DNA from: an uncultured Gemmatimonadales bacterium
GTDB taxonomy: Bacteria > Gemmatimonadota > Gemmatimonadetes > Longimicrobiales > Longimicrobiaceae
Assembly: GCA_963716255.1 (NCBI GenBank)
Contig: OY970303.1
Location: 2,816,001-2,880,000, forward strand
Length of the DNA stretch: 64,000 nt
Direction: 5' to 3'
Shown here: positions 50,556 through 59,632 of the stretch, one piece after another
Layout: the number at the start of each line of letters is the position of its first letter
How positions within the stretch are numbered: position 1 is the stretch's first letter
Notes under the pieces: generated by a model
Database searches by the model: none
What the model saw: the letters and a program-made list of their open reading frames with translations, nothing else
What the model was told of the DNA's origin: nothing
Made by a program: the position numbers and the translations under genes

Positions 50556-50675
50556 GCCTAACGAGGCGTTGCAGCAGTCGCGGTACGCGGGGCCGTGGCA
50601 GCGCGCCCCTCGGCACCGTCCCGCCTCGGCTCCATCGCACCCGCACAACCGCGCTGCTGAACTTGGGCTTTAGGC
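50556..50675 (+). other. attC-like site
   Basis: GCCTAAC..TTGCAGCAGTCGCGGT...ACCGCGCTGCTGAA..TTTAGGC. Confidence 0.7.
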
Positions 50676-50911
50676 CTCCTTGACTGCGCTGGGTTCGCCG
50701 GAGCCTTGGCTTCGGGCCTCCCGTGGCGGCAGGGCCGATCCGCTTCAACCCACACCGCCTCTGGCGGAGCGTGAATACGGTCATTAGGTTTTTCGCGCCC
50801 GGCGGTCCCGCCTGGCATTCTCGCCGCCCGGGAGCACGGCGCACGTCCTGCCCGTTCCGCTTCGCAATACTCCCCGAGCGGGGTACCGACTCCCACTCTC
50901 CGACCGCACCC

Positions 50912-52333
50912 ATGCCCCAACCCGCGTTCGCCCTGCGGCGATGGCTGCTCGCCGCCGCCTTCGCCTGCCCTTGCCTCGCCGAGCGTCCGGCGTCCGCGCA
51001 GCAGCTCCAAGTTGTCTGCACGGACTCCGTCGCCGCCTCCAAGACGGCGCGTGCGTGCAGCTACGAGGTCCCGCGCAACGACGCTCCCCAGCTCCAGCGA
51101 ATCGACATCCGCGTGGAGCTCTCGGTAGCTTCCGACAGCGTGACACCGGTTCCCGGCGCGACGGTCGTATTCCGAGCCACCAGCGGCACCCTGATCGCCG
51201 ATTCAGTTCGCACCGACAAGGAAGGTCACGCGTACACGTACTGGAGACAGTCGAGCGCGAACGAATCCGCGACGGTCAGCGTCGAGGCCACGCCCCCTGT
51301 TTCGGGATCACCCACCGCGGTGAAGATCGTCGCGGTCAAGGTTCCCAAGGCAGAACAACGGATCCTATGGGATGAGTGGCGCACGCGTGGTGCATGGTTC
51401 GAGAAGAACCCGCTCCCGGCACCGGTCTCAATGGTCGTTTACGACGTCAAGAAAGAGGGAGACCGGGAGGTCGCCCGCTTCCTCCGGGACGAGAGGCTGT
51501 GCGGCGCCCAACGTGCCGTCTTCTCCACCCAGAAGAACGCCGGAACGATCACGCCCGACACCGTGCCCGGCGTGATGCTCACGCTTGAAGACAGTGCGGC
51601 GGCGAGTACCATTGTGGTAGGCAACAACACGATCGTCCGTGAGGCCGTCAAAAAGAATGATCGTGTGTGCTTCATCCGGGCGCAGTGGCGCCTCGGTGAA
51701 GGCGTCGGCGTCCAGAGCGCCCGCGCGCAACTGCTCCCCACCAATGACGCGGAGCTTACGGGACCCACCGTCGTCGGCCTGACCGCCCGAGCACGCGCGT
51801 TGCCGCGGGTGATCGTCGGCCCTGTTTGGACCTACCGCAGTCACTACACCGCCCTCAAGCAGGGCGAGACGCGTACGATCACGGTGGAGCGCACCGACTC
51901 CGCCGGAGTCAAAGAGACCTACACGAGGACGGTGACCGACACGTCGGCCATCGAAGAGGTAGACGGTCAAGGAGCGGGTGCGCTCTTCGCCGGCGTCTCC
52001 TTTCCGCCGGTGCCGATGGCGACCGCGCTCACGATGACCCTCGGGGTCAACGCCGCTGACCCGCTCAACGACTGGTACGCGGGCATCTCCTTGCTGCGAC
52101 TGGGCGTCGCCACTATCGGCGATGGCCTCGCCAGCGAGGGCTTACCGATGGACGCATTCTTCCTTGTGCACTGGGGGCGCCCTGAGGTGCTGGTCAACGA
52201 GGCGGAATGCCGCGCCACCAACACCTCCTGCGAAACTGACAGGCGCTTGATGTGGCACGGGCTCGGGTTGATGGTCACCGTGGATGCGAGCACCGTGATC
52301 AGCGAGGTGATCAAGCGGATCGGCGGCGGCTGA
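50912..52333 (+). CDS. Secreted/surface protein with Ig-like (Big_1-like) domain
   Basis: Signal peptide ending ASA; PVPGATVVF...RTDKEGHA...W. Confidence 0.65.
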   Translation: MPQPAFALRRWLLAAAFACPCLAERPASAQQLQVVCTDSVAASKTARACSYEVPRNDAPQLQRIDIRVELSVASDSVTPVPGATVVFRATSGTLIADSVRTDKEGHAYTYWRQSSANESATVSVEATPPVSGSPTAVKIVAVKVPKAEQRILWDEWRTRGAWFEKNPLPAPVSMVVYDVKKEGDREVARFLRDERLCGAQRAVFSTQKNAGTITPDTVPGVMLTLEDSAAASTIVVGNNTIVREAVKKNDRVCFIRAQWRLGEGVGVQSARAQLLPTNDAELTGPTVVGLTARARALPRVIVGPVWTYRSHYTALKQGETRTITVERTDSAGVKETYTRTVTDTSAIEEVDGQGAGALFAGVSFPPVPMATALTMTLGVNAADPLNDWYAGISLLRLGVATIGDGLASEGLPMDAFFLVHWGRPEVLVNEAECRATNTSCETDRRLMWHGLGLMVTVDASTVISEVIKRIGGG

Positions 52334-52605
52334 GTCCGCCCTCGACAGGAACGCGACCAGGGCGCGCGGCGGAGGCGTGTGCCTCCGCCGCGCCGCCCTG
52401 CTTCGTGGAGTCGAAGATGGACGCCCTCGGCGGCCGGGCGCGATCGCCCGATAGCTCCCATCCGGCGTCCGCTCCACCTCGCTCATCAGCAGCAGCGTTT
52501 CCAGATGGCGCTCGACCAGCTTGACGCGTGTACCGCTCCATTTCCTCGACACGCATTTGTACCTCATCGGCTTGACTACCCTCATCCACGCGTCCAATGC
52601 CCCGG

Positions 52606-52729
52606 CATAAACATCGCTTGCAGGTGACGCGGGACCGGTCATGCTCGCAGGATCTGTTGCATGTCTCTGCTGCGGTGCAGCTTGCAACCTGCGGCCCCGC
52701 CCCGCGCGCCTGAAGCTATTCCGTTCGCC
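52606..52729 (+). other. attC-like site
   Basis: CATAAAC..TTGCAGGTGACGCGGG...CCCGCGCGCCTGAA..GTTCGCC. Confidence 0.6.
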
Positions 52730-52752
52730 GCATCGCTCCAGAAAAATATCAC

Positions 52753-54150
52753 ATGGACCCCTTTGGGATCTGCACGATGAAACCTCTTCGACAGCCTCGC
52801 TTCGACGCGCTCGCAGGATATTCGCGGCTACCTCATGCAGTTGTTCTCTCGAAGGAACTGGAATGGTGGGCTACGGAAGACGAGTCCCTGCTCGCTACGA
52901 TCCTGATTGATGAGGATGATGAATTTTTCGCGATCGTACTTGCTCGCGATCTAGATCGACGTTACCGCTGCATTGAGGTCTTGGGGGCGTTTGAGCTAAT
53001 CTCTGCTGCGCGGGCCTCTCTCTCCGAAAGATTCAGAGAGCTTGTCGCGGCGGGTACCTTGATCGTTGAGCAGGGAGATGAAACGGGCGCACGAGCCGAC
53101 ATCTTCGAACCTGTGTATCCTCCCGAACAGCTCAGCCCCTCTTTTAACCTGGTAAACCTCGCGCCGGGCTACTCTTCTGCACGAGGCATTATTGCTGAGG
53201 CGATGCATCACTACACGGATGTTGACGGCAACTTTATAGAGCAATTTCAAACAACAGGGTTCGATTCTCGGCTTTGGGAGCTGTATCTCTTTGCGTTCCT
53301 AAATGAGGAGAACCTCCTCATTGACCGGACACACGCTGCACCTGACTTCGTAATCTCAGATGGCGTTCAGACTGTCGGAATTGAGGCGGTTACGGTCCAG
53401 CCGTCGCCGGCAGGGTTTCAGGACGACATCGACCCGATGACGCTGACACCGGAGCAAATCCGTGAACTGCAAAAAGACTTTCTGCCCATTAAGTTCGGGA
53501 GTCCGCTGTACTCCAAGCTGAAAAAGAAATACTGGGCTTTGCCACACATCGAGGGACAACCTCTAATTTTCGCGATCGCTGACTTTCATGCAAAGCAGTC
53601 GATGCTCTGGTCGTCAACTGCTCTCGGCGATTACCTCTATGGGTACCGGCAGGAATGGGGAATTGACCGTGAGGGCAAGCTTCACATCGCCCCAGTAAAG
53701 ATCGAAGGTCACGAATTCAAAGGAAAGTCGATTCCGTCTGGCTATTTCTTTACCGAGGGCGCGGAGCATGTGAGCGGCGTGTTGTTCTCGGCAACGGGAA
53801 CGATCTCAAAGTTTATCAGGATGGGGAAAGTGGCGGGATTCGGCAACCCTGAGGTACGAATCCTATTCCAGGGCACGTGCTACAAGGATGATCCGAACGC
53901 GGTCGAGCCAGAGGTGTTTTCGTTCGAGGTCGACGAGGAGTATGAAGAGACATGGGCCGAAGGCTTGTCCTTATTCCACAATCCGAGGGCCCTTCACCCT
54001 GTTTCGCCCCACATGTTCCCGAGCATCGCTCACCACTTCCTCTCCGACGATGGTAGGATCGTTAGCTACTTGCCGGAGTTTCATCCGTATAACGGGCTGA
54101 CCGTCATGCTTCAACCTGCCGAGGACGAAGATGCGTCTCGAGCGACTTAG
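52753..54150 (+). CDS. Hypothetical protein with restriction-endonuclease-like fold
   Basis: FDSRLWELYL...APDFVI...GIEAVT (PD...ExK-like); low GC. Confidence 0.65.
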   Translation: MDPFGICTMKPLRQPRFDALAGYSRLPHAVVLSKELEWWATEDESLLATILIDEDDEFFAIVLARDLDRRYRCIEVLGAFELISAARASLSERFRELVAAGTLIVEQGDETGARADIFEPVYPPEQLSPSFNLVNLAPGYSSARGIIAEAMHHYTDVDGNFIEQFQTTGFDSRLWELYLFAFLNEENLLIDRTHAAPDFVISDGVQTVGIEAVTVQPSPAGFQDDIDPMTLTPEQIRELQKDFLPIKFGSPLYSKLKKKYWALPHIEGQPLIFAIADFHAKQSMLWSSTALGDYLYGYRQEWGIDREGKLHIAPVKIEGHEFKGKSIPSGYFFTEGAEHVSGVLFSATGTISKFIRMGKVAGFGNPEVRILFQGTCYKDDPNAVEPEVFSFEVDEEYEETWAEGLSLFHNPRALHPVSPHMFPSIAHHFLSDDGRIVSYLPEFHPYNGLTVMLQPAEDEDASRAT

Positions 54151-54205
54151 TATGACGCCTTCGGCTTTGTCTCGCCGAACATACGCTTCCAGAAAGGAGA
54201 TCGGC

Positions 54206-54613
54206 ATGTACGAGTTGTTCCGTAACGCCCTCGCGCTCCCAGCTGTGAACCATGTCCTCGCGTCCGCTCTCTTCGGCATCGCGTTCGCCGCTGACCGTGG
54301 CCTCACTGCTGACGGTAATCCAATCGCGCCAGGCAGCCTACTGTGGTTCGCCAGCATCCTGGTATGCTGCGGAGGTGCCTTCGCACTGCTCTTCTTGATT
54401 GCGATGTTTCTACCCGTAGAATGGGACGTCCACTTCGGCGCCGCAGCGCTTGTTTTCGGCGCGATAGGGCTCGCCAGCACCTTCAGCCTTCCGGGTACGG
54501 AGCTGGTCCAGAGTACGCTGACTATGCACCCGTTTTGGTTTGTCGGGGCCCTCGTGTGCGGTCGCTTCATGGTCGAACACTACCTCGCGATCCGCCGCTT
54601 AGGGGTGTTATAG
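54206..54613 (+). CDS. Hypothetical 4-TM membrane protein
   Basis: AAGGAG RBS; hydrophobic helices. Confidence 0.6.
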   Translation: MYELFRNALALPAVNHVLASALFGIAFAADRGLTADGNPIAPGSLLWFASILVCCGGAFALLFLIAMFLPVEWDVHFGAAALVFGAIGLASTFSLPGTELVQSTLTMHPFWFVGALVCGRFMVEHYLAIRRLGVL

Positions 54614-54691
54614 GACCGTCCGGTTCGGTTCCTCCACCTACGTTCCCCTCTTGCCCGTGCTTGCGGGTGACCGACTCCCGAAGGTTCTTGT

Positions 54692-55165
54692 ATGGCTGAC
54701 GACCACACTCGGTATCTCCACGAGCAGCTTACCACTGCGCAGAGCAAGTACGCCTACTTCCTGCTCGCGGCTGCAGCATCGGCAATCGCGCTGGCACTGA
54801 ACCGGACCGCAAGTGAACCCCTGGAATTCGTGCAGCTTCCGCTCGGAGCGGCAGTAGTCTGTTGGGGTCTGAGCTTCTACTTCGGATGCCGCTATCTGGC
54901 GTGGGTAGATGCAACCCTGCAAGCGAATACGGCGATCTCGATGGCGCAGAGTGGCACCCTTCCTGGTATCCCGGACCATCCACTCGCGCGGCAAGCAGCT
55001 GCGGAGGGTGCCCGAGAGGCGGCCGAGCAAAATTCCGAGCACGCTGGGAGGAATGCGCGGCGTCAGTTCCGCTTTCTCGTCGCGGGAGCGGTGTTCTACG
55101 TGGTGTGGCACGTGCTGGCCATGGCGGAGCGCACACCCGGTATCACCCTCAACCTTTTCCAGTAG
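54692..55165 (+). CDS. Hypothetical 3-TM membrane protein
   Basis: KYAYFLLAAAASAIALAL...CWGLSFYFGC. Confidence 0.65.
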   Translation: MADDHTRYLHEQLTTAQSKYAYFLLAAAASAIALALNRTASEPLEFVQLPLGAAVVCWGLSFYFGCRYLAWVDATLQANTAISMAQSGTLPGIPDHPLARQAAAEGAREAAEQNSEHAGRNARRQFRFLVAGAVFYVVWHVLAMAERTPGITLNLFQ

Positions 55166-55339
55166 CACTCCCGGACGGTGTCGCCTCCGCGCCAGGCGGG
55201 GCGACACCGCCCGGGAGTACCCGCCCGCCTCACACCCGAACAGGCTTTGTGCGTACCGTACACTTTGCCTATCCACCCCATCCTCCAGGTTCTGTCGGCC
55301 GATCAATCACGCATACCGCGGAACCTCGTGACAAAACGG

Positions 55340-56137
55340 GGGCGGGGCGAAGAAGTAGGTGGAGTTGGACCCCATCTCGTGCAGGTCCACCGCCACGTGC
55401 GGCCACCAGCTGGTGAAGGTGCCCACCCGGCCGCGCGACTCGGGATGGGACAGGATGAACCAGTCGCGGTTCAGGTCGAACACGTAGTGGCTGGTGCGTC
55501 CGCCCGGCCAGCCGCCGCCGTGGACCATCGCCGCGGGCGAGGTGGGAACGCCCAGCGCGCCGCGCATGCGCATGACGTCCTGCACGTGCCGCTCGTGGCC
55601 GTCGGGGTTCTGCACCGGGTCGATGAGCACCACCGTGCTGTCCAGGATGGCGCGCGTCTGCGCGTCGCGGCCGGCGGCGAGCTGGTACAGCGTGGCGATG
55701 GCGGCCTCCGTCCCCGACGCCTCGTTGCCGTGCACCGTGTACCCCAGCCACACGATGGCCGGGACCCGCCCCAGCGCGGCCGCCAGCTCCCCTGCGGAGG
55801 CGCCGCCGGGATCCGCCAGGCGCGCCGCGTCGGCGCGGATGGCGTCCAGGCGGCGGGCGTTGGCCTCGCTGGCCACCGTGACCCGCAGCAGCTCGCGCCC
55901 CTCGAACGAGCGCGCCACCGTGTCCACCCGCACCCGCGGGCTGGCGGCGGCCACGCGCTCCACGTAGCGCACCAGCAGGTGGTGCGGCGTGAAGCGCTCG
56001 CCCACCTCGTAGCCCAGCACGCTGCGCGGCGTGGGAACGGCCGGGTCGTACTCGCCCCCGGTGGAAAAGGCGTGCTGCGCGGCGGCGGGAAGCGCGGTGC
56101 AGAGCAGGAGCGCGGACAGGAGGGCGGTTCGCTTCAC
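55340..56137 (-). pseudogene. 5' half of the M14 zinc carboxypeptidase gene split by the island
   Basis: GTG start, signal peptide, HGNE, NPDG, DLNRDW, DLHEMG; ends YFFAPP at the junction. Confidence 0.88.
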
Positions 56138-56195
56138 GGAGGTCTCCGGATGAGGGTGAGAACGCTCGGGGGACGACGACATCCCCGCCGTCGCG

Positions 56196-56320
56196 TGAGG
56201 GATTACGGCCCGAAGGGGAGAGACCCGGCGCGGTTTGCCGGGGCTCGACTCCGTTAGCCCGCGTCGTTTGCGGGCTTACGGAGCCGAAGCCCGACCCGAG
56301 CGCCAGCGAGGGGCACGCCC
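56196..56320 (+). repeat. Structured repeat family A, copy 5
   Basis: Family A consensus. Confidence 0.88.
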
Positions 56321-56419
56321 AACGCCGCGGTTCAAAGCAGTTGCCGCCGCACCCGCCGCCCGCGAATATGCGACGCACCCGCCGCACCGACCAGGCACCG
56401 AAGAGCACCGGAGACCCCG

Positions 56420-57517
56420 ATGGACCCACGGGAGATCGAGATCGACCCCGACATCCGCAGGGCGTCCACCCTCCCCGCGGCCGTCTACCACGACCCGGCG
56501 CTCTACCGGATCCAGCGGGAGCGCGTGTTCGCCCGCAGCTGGCAGCTCGTCCCCGGGGCGGAGCGCGTCAAGGCCCCCGGCCACCTGCTCCCCTTCACCC
56601 TGCTGGAAGGCTGCCTGGACGAGCCGCTGGTGCTGGCCGCGGACGAGGAGGGCACGGCGCGCTGCCTTTCCAACGTGTGCACCCACCGCGGCACCCTGGT
56701 GGTGGAGGGCGAGGGCCACGCGCGCGGCCTGCGCTGCCGCTACCACGGCCGCCGCTTCGGCCTGGACGGCCGCTTCGTGTCGATGCCCGAGTTCGAGGGG
56801 GTGGAGGGCTTTCCCTCGCCCGCCGACGACCTGCCGCGGACGCCGCTGGAGCGCTGGGGCCCGCTGGCGTTCACGGGGCTGGACCCGGCCATGCCGTTCG
56901 AGGAGTGGATCGGCCCGGTGCGGGAGCGCGTGGGCTTTCTCCCGCTGGACCGCATGGCGTTCGACCCGCTGACCTCGCGCGACTACCTGGTGCGCGCCAA
57001 CTGGGCGCTGTACTGCGACAACTACCTGGAGGAGTTCCACATCCCCTACGTGCACGCGGGCCTGGCGGAGGCGCTGGACTACGGCTCGTACCGCACGGAA
57101 ACGTACGCCTGGTGCAGCCTGCAGCTGGGGACGGCGAAGTCCGCCGCGGAGTCGTTCCGCCTCCCCGCCGGGCACCCGGACGCGGGGACGCACGTGGCGG
57201 CGTACTACTTCTGGCTCTTTCCCAACATGATGCTGAACTTCTACCCCTGGGGGCTGTCGGTGAACGTGGTGCTCCCCCTGGGGCCGGACCGCACGCGCGT
57301 GTCCTTTCTGTCCTACGTCCTGGACCCGGCCCGGCGCGAGGAAGGGGCCGGGGGCGACCTGCACCGGGTGGAGATGGAGGACGAGGAGGTGGTGGAGGCC
57401 GTGCAGCGCGGCGTCCGCTCCCGCCTGTACCACCGCGGGCGCTACTCCCCGCGCCGCGAGACGGGGGTGCACCACTTCCACGGCCTGCTCGCCCGCTTCA
57501 TGCGCGGCGAGGGCTGA
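56420..57517 (+). CDS. Rieske oxygenase alpha subunit (choline monooxygenase-like)
   Basis: NVCTHRG, CRYHG, DNYLEEFHIPYVH and EDEE. Confidence 0.9.
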   Translation: MDPREIEIDPDIRRASTLPAAVYHDPALYRIQRERVFARSWQLVPGAERVKAPGHLLPFTLLEGCLDEPLVLAADEEGTARCLSNVCTHRGTLVVEGEGHARGLRCRYHGRRFGLDGRFVSMPEFEGVEGFPSPADDLPRTPLERWGPLAFTGLDPAMPFEEWIGPVRERVGFLPLDRMAFDPLTSRDYLVRANWALYCDNYLEEFHIPYVHAGLAEALDYGSYRTETYAWCSLQLGTAKSAAESFRLPAGHPDAGTHVAAYYFWLFPNMMLNFYPWGLSVNVVLPLGPDRTRVSFLSYVLDPARREEGAGGDLHRVEMEDEEVVEAVQRGVRSRLYHRGRYSPRRETGVHHFHGLLARFMRGEG

Positions 57518-57587
57518 GGCCCCCCGGCCCCCGCAAGGGGGAGGGGAGAACGACACGACGGAGGGCAAGGGGTCGCAGCGTGGAGAT

Positions 57588-57643
57588 TCCCCTCCACCGG
57601 AACGGGGGAGGGTGGCGAGCCTAAGCGAGCCGGGTGGGGGCCC
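57588..57643. repeat. REP-like palindrome family B
   Basis: GGGGGAGGGTGGCGAGCCTAAGCGAGCCGGGTGGGGGCCC. Confidence 0.65.
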
Positions 57644-57671
57644 TCAGCGGACGCCAGCGCGAAAACCCGCG

Positions 57672-57797
57672 TGAGGGATTTCGGCCCGAAGGGGCGAGAC
57701 CGCGCGGCTGTTTGCGCGGGCTCGACTCCGTAACGCACGGTTTTACCGTGCGTTACGGAGCCGAAGCCCGACCCCGGCGCCAGCCGGGGACACGCCC
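57672..57797 (+). repeat. Structured repeat family A, copy 6
   Basis: Nearly identical to copy 2. Confidence 0.9.
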
Positions 57798-57809
57798 GAA
57801 CCCTGCCGT

Positions 57810-59165
57810 TCAATCCGTTCCGCCCAGGCCCCGTCTCCCACGCAACGCGCGCCAGGCGTAGAACACGGGCACGCCCGCCGCCACCACCGCGAGTCCGAAG
57901 ACCGTGAGCCCGGTCTGCTCCACCAGCGAGTTCACGAGCAGCGCCACGGAGGCGAGCAGGAAGACGCCGGGCACCACCGGGTAGCCCAGCGTCCGGTACG
58001 GGCGCGGCAGGTCCGGCCGCCTGCGGCGCAGCACGAACACGCCGGCCACCGCCAGGGCGTAGAAGGGCCACACCCCCAGCACGAACGCCCCGGCCAGCTG
58101 CTCGAAGGTGCGCAGCGACACGTACGCGACGCCCAGCGCGCCGGTCACGGCGACGGCCACGTACGGCGTCCGGAAGCGCGGGTGCACCGCCGCCACGGGG
58201 CGGAAGAAGAGGCCGTCCTCCGCCATGGCGAAGAGGATGCGCGGGCCCGTCATGACGGCGCCGTTCAGCGCGCCGAAGGCGGACAGCATCACCAGCGCGG
58301 CCACCACGGCGGCGCCCGCTCCGCCCAGCACGGCGGTGGCGGCCTCGGAGGCCACCAGCGGCGAGGCGGCCACGCGCTCCAGGGGGAGCACGTACAGGTA
58401 CGCCGCGTTGGCGGCCAGGTACACGGCGACCACCACCAGCACCCCGCCCACCAGCGCCCGCGGGAGGACCCGGGCCGGGTCGCGGACCTCCCCCGCCATG
58501 GAGGTGGTGTCCGCCCACCCGTCGTACGCCCAGAGCACCGCCACCAGCGCCACCCCGAAGCCCCCCCACGAGCGCGGCGCCAGCCCCGGCGCCGCCCCCA
58601 GCGCCCCCGCCGAAGGGTCCCCCAGCACGAACAGGACGAGCGCCAGCCCGGCCAGCGCGAGGACCTTTGCCGCGGTGGTCCAGTCCTGCAGCGCGGCTCC
58701 CCAGCGCACGGAGCGCCAGCTGGCGGCGGAAAGCCCCACCACCGTCGCCGCGGCGAGCACCCGCACGCCCGCGCCGCCCAGCGGCGCGAAGGTGCCGGCG
58801 TACTCCGCGAAGATCATGGCCAGCGCGCCCAGCGAGGCGGGGCGGGTGACCAGCAGCTCCGTCCACCCGTACAGGAAGGCGGGGAGCGGGCCGTACGCCT
58901 CGCGCAGGAACACGTACAACCCGCCCGAGCGCGGAAAGAGCGTCGCGAGCTCGGCGAAGGTGAGCGCGCCGAACAGGGCCACCACGCCGCCGAGCACCCA
59001 CACCAGGGCGACGGCGCCGACGGAGCCCACCTCGGCGGCCACCCCGCCCGGGACGCGGAAGATGCCGCTCCCGATGGTGAGCCCCACCAGCAGCGCGGTG
59101 CCGCTCCAGGCGCCCAGGCTGCGGGGGAGCCGGTCCTCCGGGGCCGCCGCGGCGGTGCGCTCCAT
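57810..59165 (-). CDS. APC-family amino acid permease
   Basis: IGSGIF, GGLYVFL, WAYDGW and TPY; ~12 TM helices. Confidence 0.9.
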   Translation of the reverse strand: MERTAAAAPEDRLPRSLGAWSGTALLVGLTIGSGIFRVPGGVAAEVGSVGAVALVWVLGGVVALFGALTFAELATLFPRSGGLYVFLREAYGPLPAFLYGWTELLVTRPASLGALAMIFAEYAGTFAPLGGAGVRVLAAATVVGLSAASWRSVRWGAALQDWTTAAKVLALAGLALVLFVLGDPSAGALGAAPGLAPRSWGGFGVALVAVLWAYDGWADTTSMAGEVRDPARVLPRALVGGVLVVVAVYLAANAAYLYVLPLERVAASPLVASEAATAVLGGAGAAVVAALVMLSAFGALNGAVMTGPRILFAMAEDGLFFRPVAAVHPRFRTPYVAVAVTGALGVAYVSLRTFEQLAGAFVLGVWPFYALAVAGVFVLRRRRPDLPRPYRTLGYPVVPGVFLLASVALLVNSLVEQTGLTVFGLAVVAAGVPVFYAWRALRGRRGLGGTD

Positions 59166-59632
59166 GGGGATCTCCGGCGGGAAGGGGAAGGCGGTGGGAA
59201 TCCGCCGGAATGTGCGCCTTCCCGGGGCGGCGGGGCAAGGGGACCGGGCGCGCCCGCGAACCGCCCCGGGGGCGGGCCACGAAGTCCCGGCGGGGGCGAG
59301 ACATACGACCTCCGCGGAGGGCGCGGGTGGTATGCTTCGTGCGTTTTGCCGCGGCCCGCGCGGGCCGCCGGAACGGGCCGCCGGGTTGGAAACCAGGACC
59401 CCGGGGTGTGAGATGATGGACCGTCAGCAGGGCCGCACCGACGACCGGAGCGCGGACGCCCGCCAGGCCCGGCCCGCGGAGAGCGGCTATGCCCGCCGCA
59501 TCGACTGCAGCGACTCGCCGCGCGCGCGGGAGCGGAGCGTGGGCGCGCGCGGACGGGGAGCGCCGGACGCCGAGTCGTACTCCGCCCGCCCGCGCCGCGC
59601 CGACCTGGACTGAACGCCTCGCCGGAGCGGAC

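Larger units (their letters stand above)
23124..55339. mobile_element. ~32.2-kb integrative island with three tyrosine-recombinase genes and a RecD2-like helicase
   Basis: Interrupts the M14 gene; terminal inverted GTTTTATCACGA (23126-23137) / TCGTGACAAAAC (55326-55337); lower GC; lacks family A/B repeats. Confidence 0.9.

Noticed and set aside
52430..52590. Minus-strand fragment (VERHLETLLLMSEV) reminiscent of a type IIG restriction-modification C-terminus
   Set aside because: Too short to call without a search
23124..55339. Prophage or ICE interpretation of the island
   Set aside because: No capsid, terminase, tail, relaxase or T4SS genes are recognisable
59414..59613. Small ORF MMDRQQGR... 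upstream of cphA
   Set aside because: Low-complexity, no motif or clear RBS; cannot be distinguished from a chance ORF
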